Assembly: GCA_045837725.1 (NCBI GenBank)
Contig: JBEWZL010000168.1
Span: forward strand, 62,001 to 113,046
DNA length: 51,046 bases
Reading direction: 5' to 3'
Origin: Vermamoeba vermiformis
Taxonomy: Eukaryota
This document shows, piece after piece, positions 13,501 through 26,616 of the stretch. The position numbers and the translations under genes were made by a program. Position 1 is the stretch's first letter. Every line of letters starts with the position of its first letter. The notes under the pieces are model-generated. The model was given only the letters and a program-made list of their open reading frames with translations. It was not told where the DNA came from and ran no database searches.

Positions 13501-15718
13501 TTGTCGTCCTCCTCTTTGCGCTTGCGCTCTTCCTCTTCCTTCTTTTGCTTTTGTTTCAACTTCTTTTGTTCCTTCTTGCGTTGTCTGCTCTCTTTCTTCA
13601 TCTTTTCTTGGCGCTCTTTCTCCTCCTCTTCTTCGATCAACTTCTCTTGTTTCTCCAGCGCAACTACACCATTATTAGCATGTGACCTCTAAACAGTGAG
13701 TTAACGCTACGTACCTCTTTCACGATAAGCAGACAGAACGCGTTGCTCGAACATGCGTGCAGCAAACATTTGGAACATTCGTTTGCCCTCTTCGAGTCGT
13801 TCTTCTTCAGTCATGGACTCCTCTTCCTCTTCTTCCTCTTCTTCTTCCTCTTCCTCCTCTTCTTCTTCTTCCTCTTCGTCGTTACCATCGTAATCGTCTT
13901 CACCGTCTAAGTACTCGTCTTCATCGGCTTCATTTCCACCAACGTGCGGCACTCCTCCAGTGCTGCTGGCAGGTCGCACGTTACTGTTCGGCGGCCCTTT
14001 CTTGGCTTTAGCATTGTACTTCTCTTCGTCTTTGCGTATTCGCCTTTCAGCCAATCGCTCCATCATTTCCATGAATTTCTTGCCTTCATTTTTCATGAGG
14101 TCATCAGCGACTGACAGCATTCCTCCTTTATCGAAGTTAAACGTGCCAGTTTCTAAAACGGGGTTAGTACGGGTCATGAGAAACAGGCATCAAAGCTTAC
14201 CTAAAAAGGTATTCGTGGCATGAGCGTGAGCGTATTTTTCCAGTTCATCGTAGTACGCGTCATACAGCATCTCCAGTTCCTCTTCTATTGCTGTCCGACG
14301 GCGACCGCAAACTGTACAAGAACACGTGTGCTTTTGTTGCTCGAGTAACATTTTCATCTTCCGCAGAACAGCCTCTTTCTCGAGCTTAATCAGATTGACC
14401 CGCTCTTTGTCCGACAAGCTCATCCAGAATTCACTGAGAACGTAGTTAGTCACTTGCTTGAAACTCTTACTCAGATCTGACATACCGAATGCGCTGTCGT
14501 TCGTCAGCCTCTTGCATGTTCCAGATATTGGCGTCTTTGTCTTTCTTGGTCTTGTTAGTATTTGCTTGGGCGGCGTTCTTGTTATCAACCATGTGAGGAT
14601 GTTCGTGGTGATGGTGATGATGGTGGTGGTCGTGGTGGTGCACGTCATGGAACTTGGGTGTCTTTCGCAAACCACCGATGGATTTGCGTGCAGCTGGAGG
14701 TGGCTGTGAGGGCACGTGGGATTTCAAAGGACCGATAGTTCCTGAAGTCTTTTCTGGTTGAACAACAGGCTCGTGGTCATCTCCTTCACCAGCCTCATCT
14801 CCTCTCTTCTTCTTCTTTTTCTTTTTGCGTTTTTTACCGCTTGCGTCGTCAACAATATGCTCAGCTCCAACCAATTTTCTGCGGGAGGTTAGAGACCATA
14901 AAAAATGACACTGTTTGCGAGTACTTACGAACTAACGTTGAATTGAAAGCTCTCAGGCATGGACGACTTAACCTTCGTTGACGAAGAAATGCTCATCTTT
15001 GGCGGTACTGCCGTGAGGGACTTGAGATTGGGTCGAGGAGGCACCGCTGTCAGCTTGGGCGGGAATGGGAAGCCAAGGTGATCATCATCGTCGTCATCAT
15101 CTGGAATAAGACTAGGCAGGTCATCTTCGCTGTCTTCATCCGGAATAAGATTCGGTAAATCGTCATCAGTGTCATCGTCTTTCGCGTGATCAATTTCATT
15201 CACGTGACCAGCATCAATGATACCATTCGGGTTTACATTAGTACCGTTGCTCCTTTCGGCGTTGATTCTTGCGTGAGATCTCTTAGCAAGCAGGGCCAAG
15301 TTGACGAGATTGTTCTTCGAAGGTGATGGCGTGTTAACAGGACCAGCAGTTGATGGTTGTGGCGGTAGTGCCATCGGTGTGACAGTGCTGGGTCTGTAAA
15401 TTGGTTTGTCCTCCAATATGCTCCGAACATCTTTCGCTAACTCTTGTTCCTAACAAGTTCAACGGGTTAGCACGTGTATTGACACGAGTGCCTGTAACTC
15501 CTATTAACTGCCCGATACAGGCCAGTATTGTTTATTGATAGTACTCGAAGGCTTACCTCTAAATCACCCAATCGTATCTTATATCGAACGCTTCTATTAG
15601 CGCCAAAAAAGAAGGGAGTGAATGGTTTAGTGGGGCTAAAAGTTGACAAATATGTCTCCGGAGCAAGCACTAGAGGTGAGCTATCGAATGAAAATGGCGG
15701 TGTGCTAACTTGCGTCAT
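10526..15718 (-). CDS. NST1: NST1-like stress-response protein with long coiled coil, low-complexity region and C-terminal RING finger
   Basis: NST1 hallmark motifs [95 protein letters not shown] and [32 protein letters not shown]; last exon has CMMC...[10 protein letters not shown]...CYFC; multi-exon, start uncertain. Confidence 0.85.
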
Positions 15719-16402
15719 TTTTCTGCAAATAAAATCGTTAACAATGGCGCTATTTGTAGGTATTAGTCTTGCTGATCAGCGAAGAGCTACAAAGCAGTAA
15801 AATAATCCAGCAAAATTATTGCACGTTATATGCTCAAAATAAGTGTCGTGCTATCGGTAATTTAATAGAAAATGATCAGTACTTGCGTTGCTGCAAATTA
15901 TTATTGACGACATAATTGTTGGTAAAATTCAGGAATAGAAAATTCAAACCAATTTTGATAAATAAAATATAGTATATATTTTTTTATATTTATTGGCGCC
16001 ATTATCAGCCATGGTTATTGAGTGGAAGCGAAATTTTGGTGAATCGCGCGAAAATTGAAATTGGTGCTGAACGTTGTCTGACCGCAAAATAAATACAAAT
16101 GATATTATTTGCACGCGTGTTATTAATATATTAAGAGTATATTTTAAGCCAGAACTGAAAAAGAAAGCAAGATTGGGTTGATCGGGAAACTTACCAAAAG
16201 ATTGTGTCTTTTCTATCAAATCCAAAGCACCTTTAACGTGTTTATATATACAACAATACGGTGCTTTTGGTTTAATAATCGTCTCTGTGCTCTAGGTGCG
16301 AAAAAATAACAGTTGAATGAAACCTGCCTTGCTCGTCTTTGCTTGTCTTCGCTTGCGAAGGAAACCAACACTCTACATCACGTCAACGTATTTTATTGTA
16401 AT

Positions 16403-18308
16403 ATGGAAGGTATGACGAGTTAATGTCACGGTTATCGCTTATCAGTCGGTCGATCAGTGATCACTCCAGATCAACGAGCTACTCGATGATATTAATGTTT
16501 TTCGTTGTAATTTATTTTAGGCAAGACTTCATTGGAATTAGCGAAGGAGAAATTCAACGAGATTCTTCAATCATTGAAGACAGAGGAAGATCGAGCTAAT
16601 TTTTCAACTTACGTTACAGACCTCGTCTCAGAAGGTATTTAATTATTTTTGTATAACAGATATCTGAATTATCGTGATATTTGAGTAATTATTTGGGAGA
16701 GTGACACGATTAATGAAAAACAGATCGTGATCCCCTGTATCCAAAGCAGTGTAACGCAAATCGTACCGCGTTATAATAATTTAAATAATAGATTGGCTAT
16801 TTGCCGGAGAAGACGAGAAGCTTCACGCAGTTGAACATATTATTGAAGATCTGCGCGAGTTACTCCCTCCAAACGCCCTTGCGCCCAAAGAGAAAGTGTT
16901 TTTCCCTAACCTTCCAGAAGTAAGTGCCACTACATACACTTGTGGTCCTATTTTCAATTAATAAGTCAGCTGTATTTCGCACTGCCACGCTTTACGTTCT
17001 GTGAAAGAGATCCGATCGCTCAATTTTTCCTATTTATAGTACGAAGGATTTACCAAGCAGAATACCACGCATATCGATGCGTTCTTATACGAAGACGACG
17101 ATGTAATCGATGACTTAGTAGATCAGGGTCTGATGTCCAGAAACTACTGTTTGGAATGCGGCGCACAAAGCACTGCTCCTCTGAGTACGTACAATTTATG
17201 GAGGCAATTCCATTCCGATTTTAAATAGTCTAATTTTACAATTCTGAAATTATATACCGAAACGAATCATTGCAACTTGCTTCATCATTGAAGCGAATTG
17301 TACCGCTTTCTAAACTGTCCTATTCTCGTTAATATGGTATCTTATGTACCGAAGAAAAGCTTGCTCGTGCTTCAAATCAAGTTTTTTGACCTTTTATGTA
17401 TCGATCTGCAGAAGAAATAACGATTCGCTTTGAGTTTTCTTACGTCATCAGGTGCACTTACTAATAGCAGCTATTATGTACAGACTTCGTCACACACTCG
17501 ATTTCGAAGCACCTGAGTGGATATATCTTCAAGAAAGTCGTACCAGATCTCGAAGGTAAAACTGTCGTTGACATTGGGTCGCGACTAGGCGCTGTATTAT
17601 ACATGGTACGTTTACATCCGTGCGATTAAATACGACGCGGTATACTTACAAGGTATACAGGGTTATCAGTTCAGCAAAGCTAACAAGTTAATCGGCGTGG
17701 AAATGAATAAGTACTTCTGCGACTTGCAAACAAAGATGGTTGACAAATACAAAATGGGCGATAGAATTCAGGTAAATATTATAGCATTAATTGCTGTCTC
17801 TATCGCGATTACAAGGACAAAGCATAAAATCCCGCAATTACTGAATTTTAAAACTTTCACTCCCCGTTTTCCGGCAGTATTAATAGGTTGGCAATTTCAG
17901 ATTGTATGCGCGGATATTCGAAATCAGAAGGAGATACTAGCGAAAGCCGATGTTATCATTCTTCATAACGTGTTTGAGTGTTTCGTCACCGAGAACCAGC
18001 TGCCTGAGCTTTGGAAATTCTTCCAAAACGCAACATTAAAAAACAAAGGGTGCAAAATCATCAGCGTACCCGCGTTGCAAAAGTCTTTGGCTAATGCGAA
18101 GGTATTCGATTTAAGTCAAAAAATGTTTCAATCGGCGTTTCAGACCTCGCGATACATACATGGCTAATCATATATTACTTATTAGGTCAAAATTGATATT
18201 AATACGTGGGTTAAGGAGATACCATTAACATTGCCACCAAAGTCACCCTCAATCTCTGAAGAAATGCTCGAAGGTTTTTCGGATGTGCATTTATACGAGG
18301 TCATTTAA
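16403..18308 (+). CDS. Conserved uncharacterised class I SAM-dependent methyltransferase (about 8 exons)
   Basis: Spliced exons give HIDAFLYEDDDVIDDLVDQGLMSRNYCLECG...FVTHS, motif I-like VVDIGSRLGAVLY, LIGVEMN, IVCADI and ADVIILHNVFE; stop TAA at 18308. Confidence 0.75.
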
Positions 18309-19016
18309 GCGATCATCAATGATCAAATAAAGAACATCAACACGCACATTCTATCGATATACGCCATATACCTACAGTTTGCCATATGCGAGGCAGGCGA
18401 ACTGCGTCTCGAGTAACGGCAATGTTCGCAGTTTACGAGAAAGCAATGTTCTTCGTATCATTATGTGGTTAATTCCGTAAATTTGGCTCGCCGAATCGAT
18501 AAATTCATTCATTGAATCGCGTTTTTAATTTATGCAAAAGCAACATAATCAATTTATTATCGGGAATGCTTCCTTTGCCCATTCACTGCGACGAATCATA
18601 GATCGCCGGCCACGAAGGCGATGCAAAACTACCAGCAATCTTGATTTGATTATTTGTGCCTATACACCGATTCAGATTGAGGAGACCCTAATTGCCATAA
18701 TTGAAAATAGATGATAATTTCGATTGAATTTCGTGATTGTGATTTGCCACAGAAATTATGTAACGGTGATCACGTGCGTATTTACGCTTAAAAGTTTGCC
18801 ATTGGTGGACTAAATAGATTGCAAGATTAAACACATAAAGTGAGCTTACAAAGATTTGTGGGCAAGGAAATCGGGGTGTGCGACAACTGTTATACACACT
18901 ACAACTTTCTTCCCAAGGAAGTGTTCTCACGAGTTCGTTACCCACTCTTTGGCACAATGATCCAAGATATCTTTGTGTTAGCTTTTATTCTTTGGTTGTG
19001 GAAATCAAGATCTGAT

Positions 19017-20032
19017 CTAGTGCCCGCTTTCTTCGCTATCTGCACGTACTGGCCGCTTCCAATAGACTTCGTATCCAATAGGAAATGAGTTGTCTGGGTA
19101 TCCTGGCTCCGCGACACGCTTCGGCTCAAAGGCAGCTGATAGCCCGTGCAATTTGAGTCTGTCAATGACTAGCTGGGCCTTCAACGTGATCACATCATAG
19201 AAGTCATTGTTTACTACGCCATAGCGCTTAAACTTTCCGTTTTCGCGCTTAAGATTCTCTTTGTCAACGCACTTGACGTTTGTCTGATCTACCCAACCGT
19301 TAATATGATCGACATCACCAAATATCGAAAATTGAACTGGGCGACCGTCCTTCGCGGCCTTAACGAACTGCTGGCGTATAGTATCTTCGAGCTCGCTTGT
19401 AACGTTGCGAATGGGATCGAGCTTAGCTTGCTGGATGAGCTCGATCAACCACGTGTCAGTAGCCATTTGCATTTTATACAAAGGATCACGATCAAGCGGT
19501 AGAACGATGCCATAAAACTTTGCCTCTCGCAGTATAAGATGATCAGGGATATCGGAAGGGATGTGAAGCTCGGTAGTTCGAAGGTAATCCAGGATTGGCT
19601 CAAAGTAACGGCCGTTACGGTCGATAAAGTAATACCCTATAGAATTAGACGAGATTAGGTGGGATTTTTGAACGATAAATTGTATTATTAGAGTCACAAG
19701 AAAAGAATTTAAAAAATTAATTATTTAATTTTCGCGGTTGGATTTCGGGTGCGATTTACCGCATAAATTAGAATTCAAAGATGAGCCGACACCAAAAATA
19801 ATTCAAGATGATTAATTAATTCAAAAACTACTTTCACGTGTTCCGCAATTAAATTACCTTCGTCTTGTAGGGAAGGAATGGATCCTTTTAATAACGCTGT
19901 AAAAAAATTCTCTCCGTGTGAAAATAGCGTTGCTTTCGTGGTTACATATTTATAACCGCCAATATTGAGTTTAACAAGAGCGTCATTATTTTGGTTGCTG
20001 CCGTTTGCTACAGCGTTTGTGCCATTATTCAT
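19017..20032 (-). CDS. BTB/POZ (KCTD/T1-type) domain protein
   Basis: LVKLNIGGYKYVTTKATL...FFTALL spliced to YFIDRNGRYFEPILDYLR...ILREAKFYGI. Confidence 0.9.
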
Positions 20033-20246
20033 GCTGCATTTAGTTTCGCCCTCGTGGTCGTGGTAGTTTGGTAATTAATAGTAGCTAAAAACAGATTTTT
20101 TGCTCGCGAGACAACACGTCAGTAAGTTTTTCCTCACATCCCCGAAGCTCACGTCGCTGCTCGTTCTCTGCGACTATTGCGATTCTAAAATATGAACGAT
20201 GCTAAAATTTACGTTCGCGCATGCGGTCAGAATTCATTCAGGTTTA

Positions 20247-22104
20247 TTACCCGTTTACGGGGTTAATTACAATTTGTCGGCCATTCAACATAACTTTACC
20301 GTTATACTCCACCGCTTTAAGCTTCTGCTCCTCTGTGGGAAAGTCAACAAAGCCAAAACCTTTCGGCTTTCCTTTGGGATCTTTCACGAGCGTAATCTTT
20401 TGACATTGGATGCCCGGGATCGACTCCAACTCCTTCTTTAAATCATCTTCTGTGACGGTGAATGGGAGGTTGCCGATAAATACTCTTGTCTTCAATCTGG
20501 GCCGAAAACGCGTGCGTCAATAAATTTTAAATCGTGGCAGTTTGGCTATGTTTCGTTACAACGCATCCTAAAGAGTTGACTTACTCAGCCTTGGGCACCG
20601 GGCGAGAAGGTTATGAACTTTAATATCGCCGCCTCCGAGCGGGACCGTGTATCTTACTTCGAATGGATCTTCGGCTATTGAACGAGAAATCTACGTTAGA
20701 ACTCCGAAGGGGCACAAATTTCGACCAATAAATTGCTGCAGATTGACACGGTGATCACAATTTCCAGATTTACCGGTGCCAAACGGAGCGCGACTAATAA
20801 ATTTCCTGGCTATAGTCGCGCGCTCGATGACGTGGCGATCGGGCAATAGCGTGTCAGTAGTAATCATTGCACGTTCAGACAATGGTTTACAGTTGGCCGC
20901 GTTGTTTGCCCAAATAGACAATTGAGACCGAAAGCTGTTCCGGTAGTGAGATAATTACCTGTTCTGCTGATTAAACAAACTTCTGTGACCTCCCAGTCAA
21001 TCGGCTTCAGAGTGCTTTCAAACTCTTTTTTCTTCTTCAACAGCTCAGCCTTGTGTAAACAAGCATTAGTTTACGTTTTGAAACAAGGATTGAATTGTGC
21101 ATTCAACAATAGTCGCGACGTATCGATCAACAAAAGATTCTTGTGTAACGCGATTGAAGTCTCGCTACAAAGTTGTAAATCTATGAAAAGATAAAGACAC
21201 ACAAAGGTATTATCAGATTGTGACACAATGAGTCTCGCTAAGAAAGTTGAGCAAGATCTAGTGAAAAATTTCTGCGTCGTGGAAATTTCTAACTTTATCG
21301 GGTACAAATCAAGCTTCTCCAACCCCAAAATAAGACGCAGTTCTCTGTGTAAGTATACCGAGAGAGCCTTTGCGTCTTACTAAGAGACAATTGGAATAGA
21401 ACTCAATAGTAACCCGAAGAGAACATCAGCTAACGTTCAAAAATCGTAACGGCTTACCTCGCTTTTCCATTGTCCTACTGACAAGTGCGGAGTAAATCCA
21501 GCGTCGGATATAGTCGATAGATCCTCGAATCCTGGAAACGCCTTCTCTAGTGCTTGCTGCAATTCTTTTATCGCTTCATTTGGCTAATGTTACGCGTGAA
21601 TATCTTTTGGCACGTGCAGATGGAAACAAAAGAAATGCTCACCTCAGGCTTAAGCCACATAGTGTAGCTCGCCTTACCATGCTTGAAGAAGTCGAATTGC
21701 TTGAATTGCACTGTAAAGGGTTTGATCGAGGCGACTGCAGTTTTGACCCGATCGACTGCCGTTGAGAATTCGTCGTTATGTACAAAAGGGTATAATCTAC
21801 GTGTAATATATTAGTTGGCACTACGATATAGCAATCAATTTGACCTTCTATGCAATACTAAGGATTTCACGATCTTGATAAATTATTAATTAACTTACAA
21901 ATTTATATGAGGCATCGTAAATTAATAAACGTTAAATTTGTGGATTAATTGATTATTTCAACGTATTGTGTACCATCTAACATAGGATTTATCGTATATT
22001 TTTCGAATTTCTTGAATCTGAGGCCAATCTGCTTGTGGCGGACTGATCATCACCGCACTAGTATGAACTTTGCGCACTGCCTTATTAATCTTCCCGTGCT
22101 CCAT
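20247..22104 (-). CDS. 2H-phosphoesterase (LigT/LENG9-like) probably fused to a C-terminal RRM
   Basis: IQEIRKIYDKSYVRW-MPHINLLYPF and GFTPHLSVGQW (two 2H-type histidine motifs), DWEVTEVCLISR, PFEVRYTVPLG; terminal exon RVFIGNLPF...KGFGFVDF (RNP2/RNP1). The join needs one indel near 20610 and a non-AG acceptor near 21917. Confidence 0.7.
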
Positions 22105-22878
22105 TATTACTTTAACTGCCTTTAATGCTCTCATAAGCGAGAACAAAACTATTTATGCGTTCAATTCTGTTATTTTTCTCTCAAGCCACAATCCTCCACA
22201 CGTTATAATTGCTTTTTAGTCGGCCTAGTCATAAAAACCGTTGCCCACGCTGAAGTCATCTCATCCAGTGATTTTCGAGACGTTTGCCAAATGAGCACAA
22301 GTTGGCAAATCCGTTCGGTGGTGGCGTGAGGAAGCTATGGAGGGTTAGTGGTAGTACTTTGTGGGAGAATTAACACTAATAAAGCGCATAGAAACCAATT
22401 TTGCAATTTATCCTCCCACTCGAGATAACTGTGGCAACGCCCGCGGATGCAGTGCCAAGGGCAAGCTTGACGACCACGTTAACTAGAGTTACATTTAATT
22501 CAAGTTAAGAATCGGAATAGATCCGATGCTGCGGCAAGAGATCACCAGCCCTCTCGAAAATTACCGTAATAGATTGGCAAGGACATGTTGCCAAGCTTTG
22601 CAAAAATTTAACAAAGTTGCTGGTTCCAAGCGAGTTCTCCCTGTGTTCTCTGCGGCAAAGAATCACGTGGAGGTGCATTTTACAATTTTGAACTTTGAAT
22701 CACGCGAATGAAAAAGACAAAAACCAAAAAAAATAACGAAGCAAAGCCACTTTGTTTTTGTCAAATAAGACGAACAGACGATCAAGAGGCGTTCTATCCA
22801 ACCAAGTTTTCTCAACGCTCCGTTTTTCAGTCGTGCCTCATCTCAACCGCGAGGATAAATCATAATTATATAATACGA

Positions 22879-23958
22879 ATGGACTCCTCACAACTCAAGG
22901 CATTTTGGGCTGACTTGCTCTCGAAATCATTGTCATGCTTCGGCGTCGACTCCTCATCCACCGTTTTGGATTGCTGCGCTCGCGACACTGGTCTCGTGTT
23001 TGCTTTAATGGATCACTTCACTCGTGTTGGCTCGAACGATTTATCCAAAACCTGTCCCACGCAGACGCACTTCGATATTCGGGATCCTTCTTACTGGTCA
23101 GCAATGCAAGCAAAGTATGCCGGAATTGTAACTGAACCTCCCCGAAACCCCTCTTTGATTCTCACCATTATCAACAACGCCTTCGCGATTGGAACCAAAT
23201 TCTGCGCTATGTTGCTCTCCAAGTCGGATAACACCAACTTCCTCATGCACTGCCCTCCTTCATTGGTCGTTCTTGTGGATGGCCTTCAACAGAGCTTGTT
23301 CCTTTGGTTGAACCCTGCTATCGTTGGTACTCGCCTCGTCTCTTTGACCGGCGACATCGTTACAGCCTACCAATCGGAGCCTGCTTTGTTCGGCGAAGCC
23401 ATCCGCGCGGAAGTGACCCGTGTTTGCCAAGTTCCTTCATTCAGTCCCCAAGAGCCCACATACTCACCTTCAATCTCATGCGTAACAAGCTCTGCAATGG
23501 CCTCCAACACCGGCATGCTATCATACACTGCGAGCACTCAAGTTTCCGTAGCCTCTTCTCCTTCCGAAGTCGAGTCTTCACCCTTCAGCAGCAAGTCCGA
23601 TGAAGACGACTCTTCCACAGACGTTGATCAAAAGACTCTCTTGTACTTGAAGGGAATCGCCGCCGCTAACCAAGGTCAAGCCCTCCAAGAATACATCGAA
23701 AAGTACTCCAATGTCTTCAGCAAGCGCGAGGTCATTACCAAGGTTTGCAAAATGAAGTACAGAAGCGCCCAACGCAAGCTTAGAATCGCCAAATACATTG
23801 CTAGCTACCCCGAGATCTCAACAATGACGCAACGACAGGCTGAGAAGTATATTTCGGAAAAACTCAAACAAAACAAACCTCATTTAAAAGCCACCCGCCG
23901 AAGAAAGCTCAACGAAGCAGAACAAAACGCTCTTCTTCAAAACCTCCCTGTATATTAA
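22879..23958 (+). CDS. Intronless protein with degenerate N6-adenine DNA methyltransferase-like domain, Ser-rich linker and basic helical C-terminus
   Basis: VLDCCARDTGL (motif I-like), VGSNDL, HFDI, IVTEPPR at the position of NPPF/Y, then AF...CAMLL; ATG 22879 preferred over 22708. Confidence 0.5.
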   Translation: MDSSQLKAFWADLLSKSLSCFGVDSSSTVLDCCARDTGLVFALMDHFTRVGSNDLSKTCPTQTHFDIRDPSYWSAMQAKYAGIVTEPPRNPSLILTIINNAFAIGTKFCAMLLSKSDNTNFLMHCPPSLVVLVDGLQQSLFLWLNPAIVGTRLVSLTGDIVTAYQSEPALFGEAIRAEVTRVCQVPSFSPQEPTYSPSISCVTSSAMASNTGMLSYTASTQVSVASSPSEVESSPFSSKSDEDDSSTDVDQKTLLYLKGIAAANQGQALQEYIEKYSNVFSKREVITKVCKMKYRSAQRKLRIAKYIASYPEISTMTQRQAEKYISEKLKQNKPHLKATRRRKLNEAEQNALLQNLPVY

Positions 23959-24617
23959 GCCCAAAAAAACCGATGTATAATTGTAAAAACTGCGAAATCA
24001 ATTTTGTTGTATTTGTAAATAAGTAAAACCGAATTCCCCATAACAAAGTTGAAGCTTTAGCTCGAGCAATCTTGAATTTAACGCCGTTTATCGGACCCGG
24101 TGATAGATTCCCGTGGCGTAATTCGATCCTAAAAACGGCTTTTTTTTCGGAAATGATATATTAAAAAAGAAAAGAAAAAATGAGAAAAAAAGAAAGAAAG
24201 AAAAAAAATCCACACACAAAAAAAAAGCCTTATTTTGACGCATTCCATTTCCTTTTTTAGAAATTCCGAGAGGGACAACCCCGCGAGGAAAAATGAGGCA
24301 AATTGTTCCTGAACGCATTTTACGACATCGTGAAGTTACACTTTTGGATAGATAGATTAGAGGGCATCATGAAAGGTCCAAATCTCGTATTAAAGTCTCT
24401 CCGCGATAAACCCCGTTAACGGCGGAGATAAGAATAATAAATCGGAGCTTATAATAAGAAACATGAACTAAGCAGAGGAGTCCGATGTTCAACTCCGGTT
24501 TCTCAAAAAGAGGGGCACGTATCGCCGGTCAATCATTTTTCTAGCTTACGTGGGCTCTTTTTTTAGCTGCGGTTTGTTTGTTTAAATTTGACGCTTATTT
24601 ACGTAAACACCACCACG

Positions 24618-26100
24618 ATGGACCCCGACGCATTATTAGACCAAATTGACAATGAACTCCAAGATATGGACTTCGTTCTGGAGCCAAACATCCAGAATCT
24701 GTTGGATAAGAAAAGCTTGAAGTGGATCTTTGTTGGAGGCAAGGGTGGTGTAGGAAAAACTACTACAAGTTGTTCTATTGCTGTTTCACTGGCTAAAGTT
24801 CGTGAAAGTGTCCTTATTATTTCTACCGATCCTGCCCACAATCTCAGCGATGCGTTTGGTCAACAATTTTCTAAAGAGCCCTGCCTCGTTGATGGGTTCA
24901 AAAATTTATACGCCATGGTAAGCAGCAAATAATAGACAGAGAGAATATTTTCCCAATTTGCAAAAAATTTGAAAAAATTAATACCGTGACACCACGCGTT
25001 AATTCTTTACTTTTGGGATGTAATCAATTTAAATTTATACAATTAAATATATTTATAAGCTAGTTTTCTAACCTGGAAACATTTAGGAAGTAGATCCAAC
25101 GATCGAGCTCGAGGATAATTCGGACCTCCTTGGAGAAGGTCAAGAGGGTAATATGTTTAAAGATTTTGCTCTCGCCATCCCTGGTATTGACGAGGCAGCT
25201 GGTTTTGCTGAGGTCATGAAGTAAGTCAGCCTCGTTCGCGAGTGACGTCATACTTACGCGCTTGTTTTCAGACTTGTTCAAAGCATGAAGTTTGAGACAA
25301 TTGTCTTCGATACTGCTCCCACTGGACACACTCTCCGTTTACTCGCGTTCCCTAGTGTATTAGATAAGGGTCTTGGCAAGCTTATGTCAATCAAAAACAA
25401 GATCGGTGGTTTGTTCTCAACGGTACGTGCAAGCCTATTACTGTTTATTATTACTTTTGTTGACGCCTTCGCGGACTAGTTCTCAGGCATGATTCCTGGC
25501 CTTGGTGCTGAGACTCCCGAACAATTAACAGACAAGCTCGAGGGCACGAAGAAGGTCATCGAAGAAGTTAACAAACAGTTTAAAAATCCGGTACGTGTTG
25601 TAGCGCAAAGTCATTGGCAGATTGTCCGAGTAATATTTACACGTTTTATAACAGGACCTTACTACATTCGTTTGTGTCTGCATCCCTGAATTCTTGTCGC
25701 TCTATGAAACGGAGCGATTGGTTCAAGAGTTGACTAAATTCGAAATCGATGTGAATAATATTGTGATTAACCAAGTCCTTTATCCTGACGCTGGTATGTT
25801 TAAATTCTTCGTGTAGAATTGCTAAATTTCTATCGGTTTTTTCACTGGCTAATTTCTTGGGTCTTAGGCTCTCCTTGCGGTTTGTGTAATGCTCGTGCCC
25901 GCATGCAAAAGAAATATGTAGATCAAATCCAAGACTTGTATGAAGATTTCCATATTGTGAAGTTGCCGTTATTGCGCGAGGAAGTGCGTGGTACGAAGTC
26001 GTTGCAAGAATTTGCCAAGCTGTTGTTAACTAGCAGCGAGGATGAGAAGAGGAAGATCATTAACGAGAGATATGGTCCTAGCAATACCAATCAAAAATAG
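24618..26100 (+). CDS. GET3: GET3/ASNA1 ATPase
   Basis: [75 protein letters not shown]; multi-exon with canonical introns. Confidence 0.97.
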
Positions 26101-26616
26101 ATGTAGCATACGAGACTAATTAAAATTTGGCTCATCGGTTAGATCCAATCCGATCTTCGTCTTTTTTAAGTGACTACGACCAATTGGTGTTAATTATAAG
26201 GTTGATTGAATAGATTGATAACACGGATTTGAGGCCGAAGATTGGTGCTCAAAATTTCAACGGGTTCATTTTCAATGTTTTGGGAACGCGCAATTTGAAA
26301 GAGCGATACAAATTTCCTTGGCCCACAAAATCTTAACAATAGAATTGATATACCACAAAAGGTTGCAATTAATAATGATATATTAATCGCTTAATCAATG
26401 TAAGTTCCTTATGTTTAATCTGTGTGCGGAGCATTGCGATCAAGACAACTCTCGCAATTTCATTGCTTTATTAGCAATTACAATGCTAATTATATTTATT
26501 ATATTAATAAATATTCGGTTTCCATCGATTCTCACCTGATTTGCTGCAGATTAACCTTATAAAATTGTTTAATATTAGCATTTCAAATAATTAATTACTA
26601 ATTTAATATATATTAG

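Noticed and set aside
13817-13876. (tct/tcc)n tract and the His-codon run near 14600-14645 as satellites
   Set aside because: They encode poly-Glu and poly-His inside NST1-like exons
11334-14709. Many plus-strand ORFs, including Leu/Phe- and Ser-rich ones
   Set aside because: Antisense shadows of the low-complexity NST1-like coding sequence
22282-22593. Short inverted motifs (tttgccaa..ttggcaaa; ttggcaa..ttgccaa) as transposon ends or TF sites
   Set aside because: Only 7-8 bp, no matching terminus seen beyond the 22879-23958 gene and no target-site duplication
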